Source: Candidatus Hermodarchaeota archaeon
GTDB taxonomy: Archaea > Asgardarchaeota > Heimdallarchaeia > Hodarchaeales > Hodarchaeaceae
DNA length: 32,000 bases
Reading direction: 5' to 3'
NCBI GenBank assembly: GCA_048886185.1
Contig: JBHLKY010000019.1
Coordinates: 60,001-92,000 of the forward strand
The position numbers and the translations under genes are program-made. The notes under the pieces were generated by a model. That model did not search any database. It was not told the DNA's origin and saw only the letters and a program-made list of their open reading frames with translations. Shown here piece by piece: positions 1 to 7,589 of the stretch. Every line of letters starts with the position of its first letter. The first letter of the stretch is position 1.

Positions 1-81
1 TAGTAAAAATTTTTCCAAATGCTTCCGTTTTCATTCAGGAAATCGAAGAGGTAGATAAAATCCCTTAAATATTTGATATAT

Positions 82-473
82 TCATGCAAGATTCTTTGAT
101 TTCTTAAGATGAGTTTTTATTAGATTGAGTAAGTCATCAGCGCTAAAAAGTTTGTTGATATAAGCATCTACACCCGCTTCCTCACCAGTGATCCTATTCT
201 TCTTTCCCACTTTCACAGTAAAGAGTAAAACAGGGATTCTTTCAACTTTGGATCATCTTTAATCCATTTACATACTTCTAAGCCATTGACTTTAAGCAGA
301 AGAACATCCAAAAGAATAATATCTGGTTTCTCGGAGTTTGATTCAAGAAATTGTATTCCTTCTTCTCCATTATTAGCTGAAAAAACGCGATATGCTTCAT
401 ATTCCAAGACCATTCAGGCAAGTTCCACAGTATCTTCTTCATCGTCAACAACTAGAATTGAAACCTCTTCCAT
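82..473 (-). pseudogene. Degraded CheY-like response regulator receiver domain (in-frame stop plus -1 frameshift)
   Basis: ATG at 473 gives MEEVSILVVDDEEDTVELA, then TGA (414-416), in frame with the track ORF MVLEYEAYRVFSANNGEEG...KPDIILLDV. After KLK (about 240) a 1-nt shift restores IPVLLFTVKVGKKNRITGEEAGVDAYINKLFSADDLLNLIKTHLKKSKNLA, with a stop at 82-84. The DD pair, phospho-Asp, Thr and Lys positions are all recognisable. Confidence 0.8.
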
Positions 474-649
474 TATTTGAACATCGGGAGTAATCAAAAT
501 ATTTCATTTAGTATCTTAATTTTAAAGAAATATTGGGATGTATTTTTTACAAATATTATCTTTGAACGATTATAGACTCTAATAAATTATTTTATTTGAT
601 AATAAATAATTACGTTCTTAAACTGAAAGAATATAACTAAAAATCTGTT

Positions 650-1528
650 TCAAAATATGTTTAAAATACCTTGAATCAAAGATACGATTTGATCGCGTCC
701 TATTGCAATTGAAAATAAGGCTAAAATCATCACAAATCCAAAGGTTTGTTGAAGTCGTTTAGTATTGATCTTCTTGATTAATCTAGGCCCAATCTGGGCT
801 CCTAGTATAATCCCTAATATCAAGAAAAATGCTAAATCAGGAAAGATTTGGCCCATTGAAATTTTAACTGCAGCACCTGCAATACTTGTAGCTATCATGA
901 TAAACATTGAGGTGGCCACTGCTTTATGCATACTCATTTTACCGACATGTACCAAGATTGGAACCATTATAACTCCACCACCTACCCCTAACAGACCAGA
1001 AGCAAACCCTGCAATTAGTCCTAGTAATGTACTCAACAATTCTCGCTGTTCAATGTTAAACAAAACAACTTTGTCATGTTCAATCTCTTCATTTACATCG
1101 ATTGATGTTTTCTTCTGTTTAGGAAAAAAAATCATTTTTATTGCAATTGGAAATAAACATATCGCGAAAACAAGCCGGAAAACCTGAGGTGCTTCAGTTG
1201 CTAGATACGAACTTGTAAAACTGCCTAGTAATGCTCCTATAACTGTTGTGATGGCAACTAAAAGACCAGTATGATATTCTATTCTCCTTGGTTGCTGTGC
1301 ATAGGCAATTGTTGAAGATAATGCCGTAAAGATGATCATAAAAAGGACTGTTCCAATAGCATAACTTTCCTCAATTCCGAGTAAAATTAATGCTGGGGTC
1401 GTAATAAAACCTCCTCCAACACCCAGTGAGGATGAAATAATTCCAATAAAAAAAGCAAAGATGGAGAAGAAAATTCCATCGAGAATACTTGAAAGGTACT
1501 GGTCACCAATTATCTGAAGGAATGACAT
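650..1528 (-). CDS. Sulfite exporter TauE/SafE family membrane protein
   Basis: Two internally repeated hydrophobic halves, each with the family motif (SSSLGVGGGFITTPAL; SGLLGVGGGVIMVPIL), plus 'KAVATSMF' and 'GAQIGPRL'. Confidence 0.9.
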   Translation of the reverse strand: MSFLQIIGDQYLSSILDGIFFSIFAFFIGIISSSLGVGGGFITTPALILLGIEESYAIGTVLFMIIFTALSSTIAYAQQPRRIEYHTGLLVAITTVIGALLGSFTSSYLATEAPQVFRLVFAICLFPIAIKMIFFPKQKKTSIDVNEEIEHDKVVLFNIEQRELLSTLLGLIAGFASGLLGVGGGVIMVPILVHVGKMSMHKAVATSMFIMIATSIAGAAVKISMGQIFPDLAFFLILGIILGAQIGPRLIKKINTKRLQQTFGFVMILALFSIAIGRDQIVSLIQGILNIF

Positions 1529-1791
1529 TTTTCAAATCTCTATCTTTAATTGATGGAAGTACAATCTGATATTTATCATAAATCTTGCTATTTTTCTATT
1601 AAATCGCATTCTTATCTTACTTCACGCGTTTAACGACTTTTTTTGATGTAGTATTTTTACACCTATACTGTATATACTCCTACCACATTATAATACAAAA
1701 AGAATCGGTATAACCCTGATTCTTAAAAGTAAATAATTAAGTAATAAATCAAACAAAACAGAATTTGAGCTGTAATTAGGATACTGATATC

Positions 1792-3045
1792 ATGGGTGTA
1801 ACTGAAATATTTGGTACCAAAGGAACTCAATTAAAACATAAACGAATTTTAATTGGTGTTACAGGATCAATTGCGGCCATTGAAGTTCCCCATCTTATTA
1901 GAGAGATTTTACGTTATGAAGGTGATCCTGTTGTTGTTCTTTCAGAAGAAGCATCCCGTTTAGTAGCAACAGATGCATTAACATGGTGTATGGATAAACA
2001 ACCTATTACTCAAATTTCTGGAATTTCTGAACATGTAAAATGGGTCTCACACCCTGATTATAAAATTGATCTATTAATGATTTGTCCTGCAACTGCAAAT
2101 ACGATTTCCAAACTCGCTAATGGGGTTGCAGACACTCCAGTTACTTTAGCTGCATTAGCAGCCTTTGGAGCCAAGATTCCAATATTAATAGTTCCTGCTG
2201 CTCATACTGTTTTATTAGATAATCCTATTCTTGAGAAAAACATTGATTATTTGAGAAAACAAGGTATTCACTTTTTATTTTCAAAGGAAATTGAAAATAA
2301 ACACAAATTTCCTTCTTTAAGCGATCTAATGCAATCCATTTTTGAATTACTTGATCCATCTCACCTCTTAAAAGGGAAGAGATTCTTATTAACAGGAGGT
2401 GCGACACGCGAATATCTTGATGACGTACGTTTTCTCTCCAATCCATCAACTGGATTATCTGCTGTTGAAGTTGCACAAGCTTTGAAAAATCATGGAGCTG
2501 AAATTTTACTCATCCTGGGTGAAGGGCATAACTTAGATTTAGAAAGATTAACAGTCCCAATAAAATCTGTAAGGTCAACTCAAGATATGTATGAAACAGT
2601 ACATTCTGAGCTCTCTTCTTCAGAGTATTATGGATTCATATCTGTAGCTGCAGTAGTAGATTATCGGCCAGAGTATCAACCTGGTAAAATACCTTCAAAA
2701 CAATCCGGTTTAGAGATCAAACTAATACCTACAATAAAGATAATTGAAAATATTAGACAAAATTTCTCTAAATTACATATTATTGCATACAAGGCTGAAG
2801 TCGGTGTTTCAGAAGAAGAGCTATTAAAAAGAGGGAGAGATTTTTTGGAGAAATTCAATCTGGATATGGTTTGTGCTAATTGGGTAGGTGAGCCAGAAAA
2901 AGGATTTATTTCAAAAACCAATGATATCTTCGTTATTCGGCCTAATAACCCTCCTATTCATCTTAAAGGTTCAAAAATGATGATTGGAGAACGAATTGCA
3001 GACATAATAGCTAATGATTGTAAAGATCGGAGTGATAAAAAATGA
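1792..3045 (+). CDS. coaBC: Bifunctional phosphopantothenoylcysteine decarboxylase / phosphopantothenate-cysteine ligase (archaeal Dfp)
   Basis: N-terminal flavoprotein motifs GVTGSIAA and PATANTISKLANGVAD. C-terminal CoaB motifs TGGATREYLDDVRFLSNPSTG, AAVVDY and AYKAE. The PAAH motif and the absence of a clamp Cys match the archaeal type. Confidence 0.97.
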   Translation: MGVTEIFGTKGTQLKHKRILIGVTGSIAAIEVPHLIREILRYEGDPVVVLSEEASRLVATDALTWCMDKQPITQISGISEHVKWVSHPDYKIDLLMICPATANTISKLANGVADTPVTLAALAAFGAKIPILIVPAAHTVLLDNPILEKNIDYLRKQGIHFLFSKEIENKHKFPSLSDLMQSIFELLDPSHLLKGKRFLLTGGATREYLDDVRFLSNPSTGLSAVEVAQALKNHGAEILLILGEGHNLDLERLTVPIKSVRSTQDMYETVHSELSSSEYYGFISVAAVVDYRPEYQPGKIPSKQSGLEIKLIPTIKIIENIRQNFSKLHIIAYKAEVGVSEEELLKRGRDFLEKFNLDMVCANWVGEPEKGFISKTNDIFVIRPNNPPIHLKGSKMMIGERIADIIANDCKDRSDKK

Positions 3046-3959
3046 ATATCACAGTATTTGGTGCGGGTAGCATTGGATCTTTATTTGCAGGCAGAATGGC
3101 TTATACTGGATTTGATGTTGCTGTTGTTGGACGTAATCCTCATGTAACTGAGATTAATAAAAGAGGATTACGAATAATAGAAACGGAACAGGAGATAATC
3201 TCTCGTTTCCCTGCTGCAACAAATTTTCAACCAGAGGTCGTGACTCCTGATGCAGTATTTATTTCAACTAAAGCTTACGACAATGAGGTTGTAGCAAATT
3301 GTATGTTAGGAAAACTTTCTCAAATGACTCCCATCTTCATTATACAGAATGGAATGGGTAATGAGCTAGTATTTCAGCAGAAATTTCCTCTGAATCCAGT
3401 TTTTCGTGCAGTAACAACCGAGGCAGCTGAGTTAATTTATCCTGGTATTGTAAAACATGTAGCATTTGGAAAAACCTCCTTTGGCATAATCTCTGGAGAC
3501 GAAAATGGTTTTGGGCCTAGAATACAGAAAATAATGAACAAATCAGGATTCAAATCCAACAGGACAGCTAAAATTCAACTGAAAATGTGGCAAAAAGTTT
3601 TGACAAATGCTACAATATGTCCATTGGGTGCTCTTTTACATGTACCTAATGGTCAAATCCTGCAAAAGCGGTCAATTACTCATATTTTTGATGCAATCTT
3701 GGAAGAGGGATTAGCGGTAGCTTCTCATAATCTACCTGATGAAGACTTTTCGGAAACTCGTGACTTCATTCTTCATGTTATAGAAAAAACAAATGATAAT
3801 AAATGTAGTATGCTTCAGGATATCGAACGAGGTCGTAGAACAGAGATAGATTATATGAATGGATTTATTGTTCAAGAAAGTAGACGATTGGGTTTGAAAG
3901 CTCCAGTCAACGCGGCGATTGCTGATTTGATTCGGCATTTAGAAAGATATCCGCAATAG
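3042..3959 (+). CDS. panE: 2-dehydropantoate 2-reductase (ketopantoate reductase)
   Basis: Rossmann motif GAGSIG, IQNGMG, catalytic-Lys region WQKVLTN, and SMLQDIERGRRTEIDYMNG. ATGA overlap with coaBC. Confidence 0.95.
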   Translation: MNITVFGAGSIGSLFAGRMAYTGFDVAVVGRNPHVTEINKRGLRIIETEQEIISRFPAATNFQPEVVTPDAVFISTKAYDNEVVANCMLGKLSQMTPIFIIQNGMGNELVFQQKFPLNPVFRAVTTEAAELIYPGIVKHVAFGKTSFGIISGDENGFGPRIQKIMNKSGFKSNRTAKIQLKMWQKVLTNATICPLGALLHVPNGQILQKRSITHIFDAILEEGLAVASHNLPDEDFSETRDFILHVIEKTNDNKCSMLQDIERGRRTEIDYMNGFIVQESRRLGLKAPVNAAIADLIRHLERYPQ

Positions 3960-3972
3960 TGAAGGAATTTTT

Positions 3973-4863
3973 GTGATAAATGACGCTTCTTATTGGGTTG
4001 CATCACATTTAACTGGGATTTTTGAGATCAAAGATAGTTCAAAGAATCTTCTCCAACAGGGATCAAGGGGAGCAGGATTATCAATCAATAGGGGAGTTAT
4101 TACTACAGTACGTAAATCTGACTATCCTAATGTTGAGATTTTATACGATGGAGTAAGAAAAACTGCACCAGAGGCAGCTGTTACCAAAAGAGTGATTGAT
4201 ATTTTACTTTCTAAAAAAAGTCAAAAAAATCTTTCAATTAGTCATAACTTCGAGGTTCCACTTTCTTCTGGCTTTGGCGCTTCTGCTGCAGGAGCAATCG
4301 GAACAGCTTTTGCTCTAAACGAATTTCTTGATTTAGGGATGTCAAGATTAGAATTATTTCAAGTCGCCCATAAAGCTGAGGTTCTGACAAAATCAGGACT
4401 CGGAGATGTCATAGGAATTTACCAAGGGGGATTAGAGATTCGTTTGAAAGAGGGAGCCCCTGGAATAGGAAAAACAATGTCATTCACAAATTCTAATAAA
4501 TGGAAAATAGCTACCATCCATTTAGGTACTCTTTCAACATCTGAGGTTTTGTCAGATCCTCATAAAAGAAAAGCAATAAATGAAGCAGGAAATGAACTCA
4601 TTTCGGAGTTAATTCTTCAGCCGACCTTCTCAAATTTCGCAAGATTATCTGCCATTTTTTCAAATCGTGTGAGTCTTTGGTCCCCTCAACTAGAGAAATA
4701 TGTTAAGGATTTGCCTAATACTGTTCTAGGAGCCCAAATCATGCTTGGTGAAGCTTTTTTCATATTCTATAAAAGCAACAGTGACTTGAAATATATCAAG
4801 ATCCCGGTTACCCAAATATGCGAAGAGGCAATTTGCCAAAAAACCATAGTAAGATGTAGATAA
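3973..4863 (+). CDS. pok: Pantoate kinase (GHMP family, archaeal PoK)
   Basis: HLTGIF, GSRGAG, GHMP ATP loop VPLSSGFGASAAG and AHKAEV...SGLGDV. GTG start, in CoA operon context. Confidence 0.93.
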   Translation: MINDASYWVASHLTGIFEIKDSSKNLLQQGSRGAGLSINRGVITTVRKSDYPNVEILYDGVRKTAPEAAVTKRVIDILLSKKSQKNLSISHNFEVPLSSGFGASAAGAIGTAFALNEFLDLGMSRLELFQVAHKAEVLTKSGLGDVIGIYQGGLEIRLKEGAPGIGKTMSFTNSNKWKIATIHLGTLSTSEVLSDPHKRKAINEAGNELISELILQPTFSNFARLSAIFSNRVSLWSPQLEKYVKDLPNTVLGAQIMLGEAFFIFYKSNSDLKYIKIPVTQICEEAICQKTIVRCR

Positions 4864-4865
4864 CA

Positions 4866-5654
4866 ATGATCCATGAAGTACCAAAATCTCATCCACGTTA
4901 TGAATCTTTGATCATACGTGAGAGATTAATTGAGGGAATGCATCAAAAAATAGTTGCAGAAGCTGGATTAATTGCAGCTGGCCGTGGGGAGGCTTATGAT
5001 TATATATTGGGGGAATCTACTCCTCCCTTTGCTTTACTTCAAGAAAGATTAGCTGTAATCACTTTATTACTGGCTAATTATCCTATAATTTCCGTAAATG
5101 GTAATGTTGCTGTATTATGTCCTGAAGAAATGGTACAGCTCAGTCAGATCCTAAATGCTCCTTTAGAAATAAATCTTTTTTATCGGACACCTGAACGTGA
5201 GGTTGCTATCAAAAAAGTTCTGATGAAAGCTGGTGCTCAAAATGTATATGGGACTGATCCAAAGAAACAGGAGACGATACCTGAAATATCACATAAACGT
5301 AGATTTGTAGATTCCCGTGGAATCGCGCGTTCAGATTGTGTGTTTGTACCATTGGAGGATGGTGACCGTACAATAGCACTTAGGAAGTTGGGAAAAGATG
5401 TGGTTACAGTTGATTTAAATCCTCTTTCACGGACATCTTTAACTGCATCAGTATCCATTACCAATAATATTGTAAGAGCTGCAACTGAAATGATTCAGCT
5501 TTCCAAGGAACTCACAAAATTAACTATCAAAGAATTGGAAAAAGAGAAAAAACAGTTGAATAATGAAACCTTATTACAAGAAGCCCTAAAATTCATGTCA
5601 AATAGGCTCATGGAGCTAGCTAATAACAAAAGAATATTCGAGGTGAAATTATGA
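4866..5654 (+). CDS. pps: 4-phosphopantoate--beta-alanine ligase (phosphopantothenate synthetase, archaeal PPS)
   Basis: VPKSHPRYESL, GRGEAYDYILGE, ISVNGN, EINLFYRT, PLEDGDR and DLNPLSRT. Confidence 0.95.
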   Translation: MIHEVPKSHPRYESLIIRERLIEGMHQKIVAEAGLIAAGRGEAYDYILGESTPPFALLQERLAVITLLLANYPIISVNGNVAVLCPEEMVQLSQILNAPLEINLFYRTPEREVAIKKVLMKAGAQNVYGTDPKKQETIPEISHKRRFVDSRGIARSDCVFVPLEDGDRTIALRKLGKDVVTVDLNPLSRTSLTASVSITNNIVRAATEMIQLSKELTKLTIKELEKEKKQLNNETLLQEALKFMSNRLMELANNKRIFEVKL

Positions 5655-6448
5655 GAAAAAAAACAGTTCTAGATGTTATAGAAATGATGAATAAGGGGGA
5701 AAAAATAACCATGCTGACTGCTTACGATTTTGTGATGGCATCTATCTTAGATGAAGCAGGAACGGATTTATTGCTTGTCGGGGATACAATGGGTATGGTA
5801 GTCCATGGAAATCCTACAACATTGACTGTGACTTTAGATGATTCGATTCGCCATACTCAAGCAGTCGCACGAGGGGCGAAACAAGCAATGGTAATTGGAG
5901 ATTTGCCCTTCGGAACATTCCAAGTTTCTGCAGAGGAAGCAATTCGTAATGCAATCAAACTAGTTAAAGTAGGTCATGCTGAGGCAATAAAGCTTGAAGG
6001 AGGAAGTGAGAGGAATGATTCTGTTAGAGGAATCCTTGATGCAGGTATCCCTGTCATGGGTCACCTAGGCCTGACTCCTCAATCAATTCATCGTTTTGGA
6101 GGTTTTAAAGTTCAAGGTAGGACTGAAGAGACAGCAAATTATCTTATTGAAGAATCAAAGAAGCTAGAAGAGGCTGGTATTTTTTCTCTTGTATTAGAAG
6201 CCATACCATGGAAAGTAGCTAAAAAAATTACTGAGTCGATTTCTATCCCAACGATTGGAATCGGAGCTGGGCCTTATTGTGATGGTCAAGTCTTGGTAAC
6301 TTATGATCTCTTGGGTTACTTTGATTTCGGAGCAAAATTCGTTAAAAGATATTTAAACCTTAAGGAACAGATCTTAGAAGCTATACGAGAATATAATAAA
6401 GAAGTTAGAGATGGTACGTTTCCAGATCTTAGCTATAGTTATGAATAA
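5651..6448 (+). CDS. panB: 3-methyl-2-oxobutanoate hydroxymethyltransferase
   Basis: LTAYD, LLVGDTMG, GDLPF, KLEGG, GHLGLTPQ and TIGIGAG..CDGQVLV..DLLG. ATGA overlap with pps. Confidence 0.97.
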   Translation: MRKKTVLDVIEMMNKGEKITMLTAYDFVMASILDEAGTDLLLVGDTMGMVVHGNPTTLTVTLDDSIRHTQAVARGAKQAMVIGDLPFGTFQVSAEEAIRNAIKLVKVGHAEAIKLEGGSERNDSVRGILDAGIPVMGHLGLTPQSIHRFGGFKVQGRTEETANYLIEESKKLEEAGIFSLVLEAIPWKVAKKITESISIPTIGIGAGPYCDGQVLVTYDLLGYFDFGAKFVKRYLNLKEQILEAIREYNKEVRDGTFPDLSYSYE

Positions 6449-6500
6449 TTATTTTCCTCATTTTCGTCATTTTCACTTATCTCCCTCTCCTATTTTCTAT
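6449..6500 (+). terminator. Pyrimidine/T-rich tract after panB, possible archaeal-type terminator
   Basis: ttattttcctcattttcgtcattttcacttatctccctctcctattttc immediately follows the panB stop. Confidence 0.3.
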
Positions 6501-6510
6501 ATAAAGTCTA

Positions 6511-6526
6511 GAGAAGCTTTTATAAA
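6511..6526 (+). promoter_or_regulatory. Candidate BRE/TATA promoter for the small ORF at 6559
   Basis: gagaagc-tttataaa (purine-rich block followed by a TATA-like octamer) ends about 33 nt before the ATG at 6559. Confidence 0.3.
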
Positions 6527-6558
6527 GTGTTCATGACAGGTACACGAAATGAATGTGA

Positions 6559-6777
6559 ATGGGTTCCGACTCTTTTTCCACTCACTACAGAACTATATCT
6601 AGTAGAGTTTCTACTAAAAATTTACTTCTAATGGAACTTAAAAAAGCCAAAGAAAAGTTAAGTACTTCTCCTCACCCCTATTGCGAATCCAATTGTCCTT
6701 GGATATTGCTTTGCAGAAATATAAATCCTTCTGGATGTATATTAAGCTATTTAATTGACCCAAGCTTATGGCATTAA
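6559..6777 (+). CDS. Small hypothetical protein with a four-Cys C-terminal cluster
   Basis: 72 aa, sits alone in the gap between convergent panB and xpf. Helical LLMELKKAKEKL followed by HPYCESNCPWILLCRNINPSGC. Upstream TATA-like element. Confidence 0.4.
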   Translation: MGSDSFSTHYRTISSRVSTKNLLLMELKKAKEKLSTSPHPYCESNCPWILLCRNINPSGCILSYLIDPSLWH

Positions 6778-6857
6778 TACTAACTCTCTTTTTTAGAGTA
6801 GAGAATATTAAATTTTGCATAAAATGTGATTGAAAATGAAAAAATTTAGTAGTTTTC

Positions 6858-7556
6858 TCAGGAAGATTTTAACAGTTTTTGGTTTTCTATTAAATATTTT
6901 GGTCCAAATCCTTCTACTTGAGATAATGGACCTTCAATTCCCTTTGGGTTTCCTGTTCTTGTGTATATTACCTTAGATTCAATAATTGCGTTTAGAATGT
7001 CAATTGGTTTCTCATTAAACGAATCAAGTAAAATTTCGGCCTTCTTTTGGCCCGTCTTATGAAGACCCTGTAAAAAATACAGCTGGTTATCCCTTAGCGA
7101 TCGCTTTTTAGGTGATTTTCGCGCAATAATAGGATCAGCGTGTTCTTCTTGAACCCATGAGGCGATACGATTTAATGCGATAGCTGTCTCGCTCATTCGA
7201 GAAGTTGGGACAACTGGTACTTGGCGACGTAAAAAAATATAAGTCAAAGCACCATAAACATGCTTTTTTCTCTTCTTCCATTCAGTTCTTTCGAATGCTG
7301 AGGGCAAATTTTCTAATAATAAGATTGGTTGGTCATAGGTTTCAATTAATCGATCAATTTGTTCAAAAAGTCGATTATCCATTATAGACGTAATTAAGTC
7401 CAAACCTGTTTTTCTTTCACAAGCTACCTGATCAGATAAGATATAGTCAGCGACATCTAATTGTTGTTCTTCAACCTCCATACCAAATGTCACCAGTCTT
7501 TTCTTGAGTTTTTCAGGTTCCCGTTGATCAACTATGATTTGTAAAGGCTGAGTCAT
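6858..7556 (-). CDS. xpf: Short XPF/Mus81-family ERCC4 nuclease with C-terminal HhH motifs (no helicase domain)
   Basis: IIVDQRE, ADY...ERKTGLD (GDxnERKx3D motif), RLFEQ, and HhH-like GLHKTGQKKAEILL and QVEGFGPK. Confidence 0.92.
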   Translation of the reverse strand: MTQPLQIIVDQREPEKLKKRLVTFGMEVEEQQLDVADYILSDQVACERKTGLDLITSIMDNRLFEQIDRLIETYDQPILLLENLPSAFERTEWKKRKKHVYGALTYIFLRRQVPVVPTSRMSETAIALNRIASWVQEEHADPIIARKSPKKRSLRDNQLYFLQGLHKTGQKKAEILLDSFNEKPIDILNAIIESKVIYTRTGNPKGIEGPLSQVEGFGPKYLIENQKLLKSS

Positions 7557-7589
7557 CTTTATCGTAACCTGTTGGTTATAATATGAAAT

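Noticed and set aside
1-34. Possible gene start MKTEAFGKIFT running off the left edge on the minus strand
   Set aside because: Only 11 codons are visible, which is too little to support a call.
414-416. In-frame TGA as a selenocysteine or read-through codon in the receiver gene
   Set aside because: The position aligns to a non-catalytic Arg/Lys site, and the gene also has a frameshift and Pro-to-Leu changes. Pseudogenisation is the simpler explanation.
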